A DNA stretch of 64,000 bases from Vitreimonas sp. (GTDB lineage Bacteria > Patescibacteriota > Microgenomatia > UBA1400 > PJMF01): positions 1,199,705-1,263,704 of the forward strand of contig DASPLQ010000012.1 in NCBI GenBank assembly GCA_035627515.1, in the 5' to 3' direction. Positions within the stretch are counted from its first letter, which is position 1; each line of letters opens with the position of its first letter. The translations under genes were made by a program, and so were the position numbers. Under the pieces are notes generated by a model. That model was not told where the DNA came from and did not search any database. It saw nothing but the letters and a program-made list of their open reading frames with translations. Of this stretch, positions 38,932-49,400 are shown piece by piece.

Positions 38932-41900
38932 ACACCTCAATATACATGGCAGGCAACAAGAACAAAATAAGCAAGCCGGATACAGAAAGACCAGCAATAA
39001 TTGCCCCGCCTAGCCCTCTCCACAAAGGATCTGAAATCGTGACCGGCAACAACCCCACCACGGATGAAAAAGAACTCAGAAAAATAGCTTCTAACCGTGA
39101 GGATGAAGCATCCACGACCGCATCTTTAGTGCTAAAACCATACTCTAAGTTTAGGTTAATTTTCTCTGTCATCATCAGGGCATTGTTAACCACAATTCCA
39201 AATAGTGACAACACCCCAATTAAAGCCGGAAATGACAATGGGATTTGGAACAAGGTAAAGTTAATAGCCACCCCAATCAATGCTAACGGAATCACGATCA
39301 CTACTAAAATGGCTTTGCGAAATGATTTTAGCTGTAACACCATGGTCACTAAAATCATAAAAAATGAGATGCCCATCGCTTGGATAATTGATTGGACTGA
39401 TTTCTCATTTTCTTCATTAGCACCACCTACGTCCCAAGTATAACCAGCTGGCATATCATAGTCCTTCACTTTTTCTTGGAACTGGCGCAAGACTTCAGGA
39501 GAGGTTGTACCTTGAACATCAGCGGTAACTCTCACTACTCGTCGACCATCTTCGCGTTCGATCGAAAGAGGACTGTTTTCAAGTCGCAAAGTAGCCACTT
39601 CTGAAACTGTGTAGGACCCCAGAGCGCTCGGTAGGCTTAAATTAGTCAGCAGGTCGAGGTTCTGTGACGGTGTTTCTAATTGCAAGGTAATGTCACGATC
39701 TTCATTATCAATGATAGTATCAGTGGCTTCACTGCCAGAGAGAGCAGTCCGCAGCCATCCACCCACTTGTTGGGCACTCAAACCTCGCTCTGCCAACTCT
39801 TGAGGGTTGAGCTCGATGGTAATTTGGCCAGCGGATAATTTAAGTGAGTTATCAATATTAATAGTCCCCTGAATTTCACCTAACGTCTTTTGAAAATCTG
39901 CCGCAATCCTTTCCAATTCCTCTAATGACTCACCTTTCAAATTAACCTGAAAAGCTGAGCCCGCCGGCGGACCACCACTCAGTTCAACTACCGTAATTTT
40001 TGCTTCTCTGACTTCATTTAACATGGATCGCAACTCAGCGGTGATCGCTAATGAGTCACGGCCACGATCTTCTAACTCGGGCAATAAAACGGTCATCATC
40101 GCCAAATTACTACTACCACCTCCACCACCAAAGCTATTTAAAAAATTACTGCCCGTTGAACTTTGAATTGATTTAACTTCTGGCAACTGCAACACTATCG
40201 CTTCTACTTTTTCCAATACTTGTTCAGTCTCAGTGACTGTCCAACCGGCTGGCCCTTCGATGTTAATATAGAAGGTCTTGTTATCAGTCTTAGGGAAAAA
40301 CTCGGTTTTTAATAAACCAGTAAAAGCAAAGACTAAACTTACCACTAATAAAGCTGCAACTAACGCGAATACGGCCAATCGCCAGCGTCGGTAATCAACT
40401 ATTTTTGTGACACCACGGCGGTAGGCCTTGATCATTGGGTCTAGCGTCACTAAACTATTTTCTAATAAGCCTCTTTGTTTCACCCATAGCCAAGTGCGAT
40501 GCATAGCAGATGACCGGTTTCCTACCCGGTTAAATCCCGTCCGCACCACTGCTATCACTTTCTGACGAGCGATAAATAGCGCACAGATAAACAGTAAATA
40601 AACTAAAATCACCGGGATAGCTAATAACGAAGTACTCACCACGCTCCAGACAAACAGTAATGATAACAGTAACCCAAGGATCATCAGTAAAGCTTTCACC
40701 CGAGCCGGGATATGAGCTCCACGTAAGACAATGTTTAAAGGTAGGTTTAGCAAGGTCGCAATCGCGGTGGAAGATAACAATGTGGCTGTGACCACCAGTG
40801 GAATGGGTTTAATGAACTCGCCAATAATTCCGCTTGCTAACAACAGCGGCACAAATGACCACACCACCGTGATCGTGCCCACCCAAATGGGAATAAAAAA
40901 GTCTCTAAATACCATTAAACCAGTTTCAATTGAATTAAATTTTCGACCATAAGCCGTGGTCGATTGAGCCATCACAATGGCATCATCACCAATTAAACTC
41001 AACGCTAACAAGAGGGAAAACAACGATAAAAAGTTGAGAGATAAACCCATGATGTTCATGGCCACAAAAGTGCACATAATGACTAAGGGAATTGATAATG
41101 CTGCCACAGTGGCTTGGCGCAAACCGAGGAAAATCGTCAATACTAAAAACATCAAGCCAATGGAATTGACAAAGTTGCGTTGTAAATCCGCAAAGGTCCG
41201 GGTAATTTCTTCAGTAAAATTTAAGATGTCCACAGCTTTAACTTGTGGATATTTTTGGAGCGTTTCGTTAATGACTTGACGGGATTTTTGTTCAGCCGCA
41301 GTGATAGTTTCGTTTTCAGCTTTGAAAATAGCTACCTGAACTGCGTTTTGTCGAGAATTATTTTTTTCAGTATAACTTTGGAAACGTGTAATTTCTTTGG
41401 TTCGCAAATAGACTTGCGCCACTTGGCCAAGCTGAATCGTTTTCCCTTCCACTATGAGCGGTAAGGTCCGAATCTTGTCGAGACTGTCTAACTCACTATT
41501 GAGTGATAAGGTGTACTCTAGGCCGCCAATAGTAACATTGCCAGTGGGAAAGGTCAGATTATTGCCGCGAAGGGCTTGGGCGACTGCTTGCTCAGAGAGG
41601 TGGTAGGTTCGTAAACTACTTGGATCCAATGCCACGACTACTTCTTCTTCCTCAGCCCCAATTAAATCAGCACGACGAATGCCATTGACTTGTTCTAACT
41701 CATCCTTCAGTTCATCAGCCACCCGAGAAATAGTATATAAATCAACTTCACCGGTCAAAGCGATGGTTAAAAAGGGTTGGTCATTGACGTTAATTTTTTC
41801 CACCCGAGGTTCTGTTGCATCATCGGGAAGATCATCAATCAGCAAATCAATTTCTTCTTTAGTGGAACGGACGGCTTCTTCAGGATCCATTGAGCTCAAA

Positions 41901-42271
41901 AATTGAAACGTGACTACAGACACCCCTTGGGTGGAGCTGGAAACCACGTTATCTAAGTTGGGTAAATTTGGGGCAGCTTTTTCTAATTTCTGAGTTACTA
42001 ACTGCTCCACGTCACGAGGTGAAGCACCTGGTAAAGTAGTGATCACATTGACCGCCGGCAACACCACATCGGGATTTAATTCTCTGGGTAACTGCGCAAA
42101 GGAATACAAACCAAAGACCACAATGCCAATCATCATCAAAATTAACAAGCGTGGGTTGCGAAATAAAACTTCGATCCATTTCCCGCGCAGACTTTCATCA
42201 AAACGAAGTTTTTTAAGATACTCGGACTCAGCATCAATTTGAGGAGGTGGGGAAGATTTAGACTTAGCCAT
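38882..42271 (-). CDS. RND efflux permease (AcrB/AcrD/AcrF family)
   Basis: PGASPRDVEQLVTQKLE, LNFLSLF, GDDAIV, EFFPKTD, GIVVNNA. Confidence 0.93.
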   Translation of the reverse strand: MAKSKSSPPPQIDAESEYLKKLRFDESLRGKWIEVLFRNPRLLILMMIGIVVFGLYSFAQLPRELNPDVVLPAVNVITTLPGASPRDVEQLVTQKLEKAAPNLPNLDNVVSSSTQGVSVVTFQFLSSMDPEEAVRSTKEEIDLLIDDLPDDATEPRVEKINVNDQPFLTIALTGEVDLYTISRVADELKDELEQVNGIRRADLIGAEEEEVVVALDPSSLRTYHLSEQAVAQALRGNNLTFPTGNVTIGGLEYTLSLNSELDSLDKIRTLPLIVEGKTIQLGQVAQVYLRTKEITRFQSYTEKNNSRQNAVQVAIFKAENETITAAEQKSRQVINETLQKYPQVKAVDILNFTEEITRTFADLQRNFVNSIGLMFLVLTIFLGLRQATVAALSIPLVIMCTFVAMNIMGLSLNFLSLFSLLLALSLIGDDAIVMAQSTTAYGRKFNSIETGLMVFRDFFIPIWVGTITVVWSFVPLLLASGIIGEFIKPIPLVVTATLLSSTAIATLLNLPLNIVLRGAHIPARVKALLMILGLLLSLLFVWSVVSTSLLAIPVILVYLLFICALFIARQKVIAVVRTGFNRVGNRSSAMHRTWLWVKQRGLLENSLVTLDPMIKAYRRGVTKIVDYRRWRLAVFALVAALLVVSLVFAFTGLLKTEFFPKTDNKTFYINIEGPAGWTVTETEQVLEKVEAIVLQLPEVKSIQSSTGSNFLNSFGGGGGSSNLAMMTVLLPELEDRGRDSLAITAELRSMLNEVREAKITVVELSGGPPAGSAFQVNLKGESLEELERIAADFQKTLGEIQGTINIDNSLKLSAGQITIELNPQELAERGLSAQQVGGWLRTALSGSEATDTIIDNEDRDITLQLETPSQNLDLLTNLSLPSALGSYTVSEVATLRLENSPLSIEREDGRRVVRVTADVQGTTSPEVLRQFQEKVKDYDMPAGYTWDVGGANEENEKSVQSIIQAMGISFFMILVTMVLQLKSFRKAILVVIVIPLALIGVAINFTLFQIPLSFPALIGVLSLFGIVVNNALMMTEKINLNLEYGFSTKDAVVDASSSRLEAIFLSSFSSVVGLLPVTISDPLWRGLGGAIIAGLSVSGLLILFLLPAMYIEVYGTKETASSSQTRAKK

Positions 42272-42276
42272 GCTGA

Positions 42277-43707
42277 TTATCCTAATTCTTGGACACTCCG
42301 CACTGGAGTGCTCTGGATGACTGGCTCTACAGCTTCACCTTCTAAAACTCGACGATCCAAAATCACAATATCATTGGGGAGCGGACCGGTTTTAATTTCC
42401 ACGGTACTACCCACGATCTCACCAGTTTCAATCACTTTTTTGACTGCACGACCATTTTCCGCCACCAGCACATAACTACCATTATTGGTTACAAAAATGG
42501 CATCTAAGGGTAAGAAAGAGTTGCCCTCAATTAAGGTTTGAGTATAAAGAGGCAGCGTCACTGCCACGGCTGATTCTTCGGGAATAAACTCTTGATACTC
42601 CGCTGGAAGAACTGCCAACACTTCAAATAACTGCCCATTGATGGGGGTAGAGGAAACATGGGTAATGGGGACAACAAACTCACGATCATTCAGGACAACT
42701 ATTAAGTCTTGTTGAGCATCTATGCGGCTAGCTACTGCCCCTGCTACCGAAATTTGCAGACTGAGATTGGCATCACCTTTAATCTTAGCTACAGGTGTCC
42801 CTGGTGTGACATACTGGCCAGGATTGACATATACTTTCTCAATTGTCCCTGAAAAAGGTGCCACCACCCGGGTAGATGCCTCATTAATTTTAGCCAACTG
42901 TAAGCTCAAAGCTGAAACCTCTTGATTAATTTGGGCTTGCTTGAGCTGCAGTTCAGTCGTTTTGTAAACTAAGTCTTTGGTAATATCAGCAATTTTAGTA
43001 GGCGGATTGCCAGTTGCTACTGCATACTCGGCTGATCGCAGCCCCGAACGATTTGAGTTTTGAATTCCCCGATAGGTTATCAAAGATTGGCGCAAAGATT
43101 GAATGGTAGTGGCGTTATTAGTACTAGCTTGTTCGGTAGCAATATCACTTTCAATTTTACTAATCACTTGATCAGTAGTAGTCAGTATACTTTTAATCTC
43201 ATCAATTGATTTCTCAGTGATTTTGCGCAGCTCTTCAGTATTATCACGATTTTTATCGGCTAACTCACGATTTTTTGATACCACCTCCACAGTGTTCTTA
43301 AGAGTTTCTTGAGCTAGTTCATAATTTTTACCCGCAATTTGGCGTTGAACGGTAGCGGCGCTGCCAGCGCCATAGGCAGAGGTTTGATTAAGGAGTAACG
43401 TTCCTTTTTTGACTGTTTTTCCTTCAGCAACTTTCACTTGTCCCACCGGACCTGCCGTTTGTGCCACTAACGTAATTGAACTCAAATTTTTAACCGTGCC
43501 CACGGCCTGTTCAGAAATTTCTGTTGATCCAAATCGTAAGGCATTGACCTTGCGAGGGGGAACTTCAGAAGTGGTAACAACCGGCTCAGGCTTTTGAAAG
43601 TAACGCGCTAAAACTAAGCCTTGAGCAAAAACAATTGCTAAGACTACTACAATTACTAATCCAAACCGATGGAAAAAAGACGTTAGAGCAGCTCTCATTT
43701 TCTTCAT
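42277..43707 (-). CDS. RND membrane fusion (adaptor) protein
   Basis: N-terminal TM, lipoyl halves (VKVAEGKTVKKG; VVAPFSGTI..VNPGQYV), long hairpin. Confidence 0.88.
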   Translation of the reverse strand: MKKMRAALTSFFHRFGLVIVVVLAIVFAQGLVLARYFQKPEPVVTTSEVPPRKVNALRFGSTEISEQAVGTVKNLSSITLVAQTAGPVGQVKVAEGKTVKKGTLLLNQTSAYGAGSAATVQRQIAGKNYELAQETLKNTVEVVSKNRELADKNRDNTEELRKITEKSIDEIKSILTTTDQVISKIESDIATEQASTNNATTIQSLRQSLITYRGIQNSNRSGLRSAEYAVATGNPPTKIADITKDLVYKTTELQLKQAQINQEVSALSLQLAKINEASTRVVAPFSGTIEKVYVNPGQYVTPGTPVAKIKGDANLSLQISVAGAVASRIDAQQDLIVVLNDREFVVPITHVSSTPINGQLFEVLAVLPAEYQEFIPEESAVAVTLPLYTQTLIEGNSFLPLDAIFVTNNGSYVLVAENGRAVKKVIETGEIVGSTVEIKTGPLPNDIVILDRRVLEGEAVEPVIQSTPVRSVQELG

Positions 43708-43741
43708 AAAACCAATCAACACACCTCAACGACTATAATAG

Positions 43742-43753
43742 TTAACATGTTAA
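43742..43753. promoter_or_regulatory. Putative MarR operator in divergent promoter
   Basis: Perfect palindrome TTAACATGTTAA between efflux operon and marR. Confidence 0.65.
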
Positions 43754-43784
43754 TTGTCAACGTGATAAAATAGGCGGATTGAGT

Positions 43785-44231
43785 ATGAAAGAACCTAAAA
43801 TTAATTGTTTACCTACCCATCGCTTTCGATCCAGCCCCCTGATCAAACTCGTACTGACCATGCTCAAAAAAGCTGACTTCATTCTCAGGCGCGAATGTGA
43901 TTTAACACACTCGCAATGCCAAGTTTTGGGCCTTCTTAAGTTTAACGAAGTTTTGTCTCAAGATCAAATAGCGCAAGTTCTGGATTTAACCCCAGCTGCA
44001 GTCAGTCGCCTCACGGAAACTCTTCAGGAAAAAAAATATATTCAGCGCCAAGAAAACCCTGACAATCGTCGCCAGAATCAACTCAAGTTAACCTCAGCGG
44101 GAGAGAAAAACCTCGAAAAGGCTCTTGAGATTATCAAAACTCTAGAGGATAGATTACTGGGGAACTTAAATGATAAACGCAGCCAAGAGTTTCTCACCAC
44201 GGCGGATTATCTCTTAAAACTAATTGAGTAG
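43785..44231 (+). CDS. MarR-family transcriptional regulator
   Basis: LTHSQCQVL, SQDQIAQVLDLTPAAVSRL, NPDNRRQNQLKLTSAG. Confidence 0.9.
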   Translation: MKEPKINCLPTHRFRSSPLIKLVLTMLKKADFILRRECDLTHSQCQVLGLLKFNEVLSQDQIAQVLDLTPAAVSRLTETLQEKKYIQRQENPDNRRQNQLKLTSAGEKNLEKALEIIKTLEDRLLGNLNDKRSQEFLTTADYLLKLIE

Positions 44232-44280
44232 CTGGCCTCTAGGCGCCAACCAGACCCCATACTATAATATGTCGTCATAT

Positions 44281-44354
<74 letters not shown>

Positions 44355-44369
44355 CAAAATATTGGCATT

Positions 44370-45233
44370 CTACTTTGGCCAGGGAAGTGTCCAAACATAC
44401 TTTTGCTTATTTCTTGGCCCTCCCCGAGATTTCTTTTTATTTGACGGCTGTTTACTTTCTTCCCATCTCTTGATTTCAAGTTCAGAAAAGGCTAAAGCAT
44501 GAAATCTCGTACTTTGGGTCATCAGGAACACACCAAGCTTTACTTCATCATTTGACGAGTAATAAATTTTTCTTCGGTCTAGATCAATGCGCACCGGCAC
44601 AGGTGAATCAGCAAAGAGGTCGTTGTAATGAATATACTTCCATTTGCTCCGAGAGGTTCGAGTTGTTGAATTCTGATACCAGATTCTAATTGGAATTCTC
44701 AGCTCATTGAGTAAAGACGTCACTAATAGTTGTCGCTTGGGAGAAGGAATTTTCTTAACTTCAGTATTACGATTAGCTGCTTTCTCCAGTGGTAAGCTAC
44801 TCCAGCTCAATCGTTCAGCTAAAACAGGCTGACTGCGTTCTATGCCTTTCAGCAACCGTTTAATAACTTCATCAAAATGAGTCGTAACGCTGTCTCGAGC
44901 TCTTTTTATTTCAGGGCCACTTGGTTGAGGTCGAGAAGGAACATTGCTCGGTTTTAAGTATTGTTGGTAAATTTCCCATTTACTAAGCTCAGTCAAAAAA
45001 TAATGGAGCACCATTTTAAAACCTTCATCTAGCTTTTGGCCATGCTCATCCTCTTCTATTGCCTCACTTAATTCGGTGAACACATTTAACTGAATTGCCA
45101 AAAGAAAAAGTTGAGCCACGTCTCTATTAACGCCTAAGTCTCTAAACCGCACCTCAAAGCTTGTGAGCGTGCCATCTAAGTCTTGGATGCCTAATGCCGT
45201 CAAATACTCGGTTAAATAAAGATTATCTTCCAT
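44370..45233 (-). CDS. Hypothetical protein between two tRNA genes
   Basis: 287-aa ORF; TATAAT 8 nt before ATG on the minus strand; no motif recognised. Confidence 0.7.
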   Translation of the reverse strand: MEDNLYLTEYLTALGIQDLDGTLTSFEVRFRDLGVNRDVAQLFLLAIQLNVFTELSEAIEEDEHGQKLDEGFKMVLHYFLTELSKWEIYQQYLKPSNVPSRPQPSGPEIKRARDSVTTHFDEVIKRLLKGIERSQPVLAERLSWSSLPLEKAANRNTEVKKIPSPKRQLLVTSLLNELRIPIRIWYQNSTTRTSRSKWKYIHYNDLFADSPVPVRIDLDRRKIYYSSNDEVKLGVFLMTQSTRFHALAFSELEIKRWEESKQPSNKKKSRGGPRNKQKYVWTLPWPK

Positions 45234-45298
45234 TGTCAGCTATTATATCTCCTGTGTGGCCAAAGACAGGGGAAACTGTTATAATTTCAGGTCTGAAT

Positions 45299-45373
45299 GG
45301 TGGTATTAGCTCAGTTGGTTAGAGCGCTGCTCTGTGAAAGCAGAGGTCGCCGGTTCGAGTCCGGTATACCACC
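45299..45373 (+). tRNA. tRNA-His (anticodon GUG) with encoded G-1, CCA not encoded
   Basis: G-GTGGTAT/ATACCAC-C (G-1:C73); CTGCT-CTGTGAA-AGCAG; TTCGAGT T-loop. Confidence 0.96.
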
Positions 45374-45455
45374 CAAGTGAATCTTCCTCAAATAATCCTT
45401 CTAGATATTGTTAGTTGGGGTCATTTTTGATTATATAAATTGCTACAATGTCTAC

Positions 45456-45815
45456 ATGCCACAAAAAAAGCTAACTCTTAAATTTAAATTACTGCTGATC
45501 TTTGTTTTTATATCATTAATCTATTACAGCTTTACCTCCGCTACTATTTTATATCTGATCTTTAAAGAACACTCTTTTTACATGTTATTAAATGAAATTG
45601 TCCTTTTTATATTACTTTGGACAGTTGCTCAAATTGGGCTAGTTACAGTACAAAAGTGGGGGGTTTATTTAGCAGCAGTACTCTCAATTATAGTATTGGC
45701 CCAAACATTAATGATGGGGTTAGGCATTGGGAATATTCATGGATTTAGTTTACATTTACTCTTTTTTGTCTTGATATTGCTGAACAAGGACGAGTATTTT
45801 TCTCAGTCAACTTAA
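45456..45815 (+). CDS. Hypothetical membrane protein (about 4 TM)
   Basis: Hydrophobic helices; start at ATG 45456, 6 nt after TGCTACAAT. Confidence 0.7.
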   Translation: MPQKKLTLKFKLLLIFVFISLIYYSFTSATILYLIFKEHSFYMLLNEIVLFILLWTVAQIGLVTVQKWGVYLAAVLSIIVLAQTLMMGLGIGNIHGFSLHLLFFVLILLNKDEYFSQST

Positions 45816-45824
45816 AAGCCAAAT

Positions 45825-46295
45825 ATGGTAAAAATCAGATGTACTGATAACTTTGGCAAGCCACACGAATTCAATGAAAGTGAATATATTGATCGGGAAT
45901 CAGTCCATGGCATTCTCTTACTAAAAGATTCAGTCTTATTAGTTGAAGACAGACACTCAAAATTTTGGGACTTTCCAGGTGGAGGAGTAGAGAAAGATGA
46001 AAATTTAATTCAGGCCTTAAAAAGGGAATTTATTGAGGAAACAGGAATAACTGATATCTCGATTGGAGTAGAAGTAGAAAACTCAATAGATTATTTTTTC
46101 AATGTTCATTCCCAGGAACCTTGGCGATCTCACCGCCACTTCTATTTAGTTAAAGCGAACATACATGAATTAAAGACTCAAACAAATGCTGAAGATATTT
46201 GTGAAGCAAAGCTTATTCCCGTTGCAGAACTCTTAGGATATAAAATTAAAGATAAAGCAAAAGAACTAATTATTAACCTAACAAAGCAGGCTTAA
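45825..46295 (+). CDS. NUDIX hydrolase
   Basis: FPGGGVEKDENLIQALKREFIEETG. Confidence 0.9.
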   Translation: MVKIRCTDNFGKPHEFNESEYIDRESVHGILLLKDSVLLVEDRHSKFWDFPGGGVEKDENLIQALKREFIEETGITDISIGVEVENSIDYFFNVHSQEPWRSHRHFYLVKANIHELKTQTNAEDICEAKLIPVAELLGYKIKDKAKELIINLTKQA

Positions 46296-46367
46296 AACAG
46301 GTTCGAACGTCACCTAGCCAGTGATCTAACCATTTCTATAATTACATTAATTTGATACTATCAAACT

Positions 46368-46793
46368 ATGATTAAAATAAATACTTGGATCAACTTTAAC
46401 GGTAATGCTGAAGAAGCATTTAATTTTTACAAATCAGTTTTCGGTGGAGAGTTTACAAAGGTGGTGCGTTTCAAAGATATCGCAAGTGATGAATTCCCCG
46501 TAGCTGAAAAAGAAGAAAATAAAATAATGTATATTGCTTTACCTATTAGCAACACTGCTATGTTGATCGCCAATGATGTGCCGGAAGTTTTAGGTCAAGT
46601 AAATGAGCGTGAAAATCGCAGTAAAATTATGGTGAGTGCAGAAAGTAAAGAAGAGGCGGAAAGATTATTTCATGGCCTTTCAGCCGATGGGGAAGTCGAA
46701 GGACCTATGGGAAACAGTCCATGGGGCTCATATGCCGGTATGTTTAGAGATAAATACGGTATTGAGTGGATAATTGAATTTTCTCCTAATTAA
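46368..46793 (+). CDS. VOC/PhnB glyoxalase-family protein
   Basis: FNGNAEEAFNFYKSVFGG, WGSYAGMFRDKYGIEW. Confidence 0.9.
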   Translation: MIKINTWINFNGNAEEAFNFYKSVFGGEFTKVVRFKDIASDEFPVAEKEENKIMYIALPISNTAMLIANDVPEVLGQVNERENRSKIMVSAESKEEAERLFHGLSADGEVEGPMGNSPWGSYAGMFRDKYGIEWIIEFSPN

Positions 46794-46829
46794 TAGTTTT
46801 TCACATTTTTTTATACGAGGGAAAATTAA

Positions 46830-47141
46830 GTGATAAGAAAAGAAACTCTTATTCCCTTTATAGGAGTTTTAATCTTCTTTGCGTTTGTTTCTTGGTTTGT
46901 TTATGGGCACTGGGTTGAACTCCATTGTATAAGTTATGGGCATAACCATAGGAGCCCTAACAACGAATTAATCCCGGCAACAGAAGAAGAAAAGAAGCGT
47001 TTTGGGCTAAGCGAAACAGCCACTATTTCACTGTCATTACACTATCAGGATCAATGCCAAAGAGCTCTTTGGTTTAATGTTTTTAACCAATCTCCATCTG
47101 CCACGTTCACTAGTTTAAAAGCATATTTACTTGATAACTAA
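46830..47141 (+). CDS. Hypothetical membrane-anchored protein
   Basis: N-terminal TM, Cys pair; GTG start after GAGG. Confidence 0.6.
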   Translation: MIRKETLIPFIGVLIFFAFVSWFVYGHWVELHCISYGHNHRSPNNELIPATEEEKKRFGLSETATISLSLHYQDQCQRALWFNVFNQSPSATFTSLKAYLLDN

Positions 47142-47154
47142 AATAAATTCTCTT

Positions 47155-48372
47155 ATGAGCAATAAGCTAGAATCGCTACGCCAACACTCACAAATTGAGA
47201 CAGACAATCATGCTCTAATTCCTGAACAAGTGTTGAAGCTTATTAATACAGAACTATTACATGCTCCAATCGCCTCACACATTCTCAGAGAACATACAAT
47301 TACAACTGACTTATATGAAAAGAGATTTAAAGGGATCTGTGGGTGGATATTTCAAGAATTTGAACCAGAAGTAAACGAGTTTATTAAACCAGAAATATTT
47401 ATAGTCTTTTTTGGAATTGCCAACCAATTAGTTGAATTAACTCTTGACCCAAAGATAACTGAAGTATCTCAAAATCAAATACTTTTTTTATTAGAAGTCT
47501 TGGAGGAAATGACTACAGAAAAAGCAGATGTGGGAAAAATAGCTGAAGTTGAAAAATTAGTACAAGAGTTAGAAATATTAAAAGATGAAACCTTAACACA
47601 ACAGGTTATAGATTCATTAAAGGCAAATAAACAATTCCGAGATTTTAAAAAGAATATAGGAATTAGAATCACAGGGGAAACTCCTTTTAGTATTTGTGTT
47701 ATTAGTAGTCATGATTGGCCACAATCACGATTTATACCTAATAATTCCACAGCGTTCGTCATAGGCTCCACCTACTATATTAATGCCCTTCAAGCCCAAA
47801 AAATAATAGCCGGTGATAAAACAGAAATATCTGGAGCAATACATGAATACACACATCTTCAAAGACCTTTTAACCGAGGAAAATCTAATAACTTAAACTA
47901 TCTATTTTATGAATTAATTGCGCACTCATATGGTGGAGGAGAACACTATGATGTTTTGGCTTTGTGGTTTTTCCTGAGAGTTGTAACAAAAAATGAAATA
48001 GTCAGAAAAATTGATAAATATGTGATGACTAATGAGCAAGGCAAAATACTTCCTTGGCTAGCACATAAGGTTGGTTATAACTATCTTCTCTATGCTGCAG
48101 TAAAAAAGCCTCAGTATTATGAGTCAAACCAAAATAATAACTTTGCACACGTACCTGAATTAGAAAGAGGATATAAAGGTACTATTCAACTTATCCAAAT
48201 GATGTATGAGGAATATTTAAAAATTAATGGCTATGATAAAGAGCAAGAAATTATCACTTGGTTGAAAGAAGATAAGAATGATTACTTAAGAAAAGGCTGC
48301 AATGTCATTGACGTTGTTTTGGGTAAAGGTTTGCCAGATCCCTTAAATGAAATCATTGTAGAACCATGGTGA
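47155..48372 (+). CDS. Hypothetical protein with HExxH metallopeptidase-like motif
   Basis: AIHEYTHL...FYELIA; AT-rich coding. Confidence 0.6.
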   Translation: MSNKLESLRQHSQIETDNHALIPEQVLKLINTELLHAPIASHILREHTITTDLYEKRFKGICGWIFQEFEPEVNEFIKPEIFIVFFGIANQLVELTLDPKITEVSQNQILFLLEVLEEMTTEKADVGKIAEVEKLVQELEILKDETLTQQVIDSLKANKQFRDFKKNIGIRITGETPFSICVISSHDWPQSRFIPNNSTAFVIGSTYYINALQAQKIIAGDKTEISGAIHEYTHLQRPFNRGKSNNLNYLFYELIAHSYGGGEHYDVLALWFFLRVVTKNEIVRKIDKYVMTNEQGKILPWLAHKVGYNYLLYAAVKKPQYYESNQNNNFAHVPELERGYKGTIQLIQMMYEEYLKINGYDKEQEIITWLKEDKNDYLRKGCNVIDVVLGKGLPDPLNEIIVEPW

Positions 48373-48379
48373 AAACTGT

Positions 48380-48946
48380 TCATAAAAACTTTTTCCCATT
48401 TTCCAACATCTGAATCATTTTCTCTATCCGTCGTTTGCGTGTTTCTTCCTTTTTAGCACGTTGCAGCTGATAGGCGATGTAGAAAGTATTAGTTTTGTTT
48501 AAGGTCTTAAAAAACTCAGCAGCTTTTTTATTGTGCTTTAAGGCAATTAAAAAATCTTCGGGGATTTTAGCATTGGCTGGAGATTCATAAGCTTGAGCCC
48601 ATCTACCATCTGCTTTTGCCGCTTCTACCGCCGCTATCCCAGCTGGCATCATTTTGCCCTCCCGTGTCAATCTTTCGATGTGTTGGGTATTGATCTTCGA
48701 CCACACACTTTTGGCTCTACGAGGTGTAAATCTTTGTGCATAAGAAAGGTCGTCATATTTATTGACAATGCCATCAATCCATCCAAAGCATAACGCCTCA
48801 TCTAAGGCCTGATCATAATTCATACCGGTTTTACCAGAGGCTTTTTTCCAAAAACCAACCCAAATTTCAGTTTCGTTATCATGGTGGGCTGACAGCCATT
48901 TGCGAAACTCGGCCGGTGTCTTAAAGAAAAGGGGTTTAATGTTCAT
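48380..48946 (-). CDS. YdeI/OmpD-associated family protein
   Basis: EALCFGWIDG, RFTPRRAKSVWSKIN, AKKEETRKRRI. Confidence 0.9.
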   Translation of the reverse strand: MNIKPLFFKTPAEFRKWLSAHHDNETEIWVGFWKKASGKTGMNYDQALDEALCFGWIDGIVNKYDDLSYAQRFTPRRAKSVWSKINTQHIERLTREGKMMPAGIAAVEAAKADGRWAQAYESPANAKIPEDFLIALKHNKKAAEFFKTLNKTNTFYIAYQLQRAKKEETRKRRIEKMIQMLENGKKFL

Positions 48947-48992
48947 ATAAAGACTTCGATTATTTTACCTCAAATCCTGATAAAATAACTCT

Positions 48993-49382
48993 ATGCACAC
49001 AGATATTCAAGCCTACCACAACACACTTACTGATGAAGATAAAGCTATATGTGAATTATTAGCTAAAACCATTAATGCCAGTCTTCCCGAAGCAGAGAGT
49101 AAAATGTGGCACGCTCGTCCTGTTTGGTTTTTGGAGGGTAATCCGGTTGTAGGCTATGCCAAACTGAAGCATAACATCCAGTTATTGTTTTGGAGTGGTC
49201 AATCTTTTAATGAACCCAACTTACAAACTGAAGGTACCTTCAAAGCCGCTCAAGCTCGCTACACTTCTATTGATCAAATAAACGTCGATGATTTAAAACG
49301 ATGGTTGGAAAAAGCTAGAGATATTCAATGGGACTATAAAAATATCGTCAAACGCAAAGGTGAGTTAATTAGGCTAAAATAA
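48993..49382 (+). CDS. DUF1801 (YdhG-like) protein
   Basis: WHARPVWFLEGNPVVGY, LLFWSGQSF, QWDYKNIVKRKG. Confidence 0.85.
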   Translation: MHTDIQAYHNTLTDEDKAICELLAKTINASLPEAESKMWHARPVWFLEGNPVVGYAKLKHNIQLLFWSGQSFNEPNLQTEGTFKAAQARYTSIDQINVDDLKRWLEKARDIQWDYKNIVKRKGELIRLK

Positions 49383-49400
49383 TTTTTATTTTCGGAGGCT

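Noticed and set aside
38946-42475. Several plus-strand ORFs within the RND genes, and similar short ORFs inside other genes
   Set aside because: Antisense or alternate-frame shadows of well-supported genes
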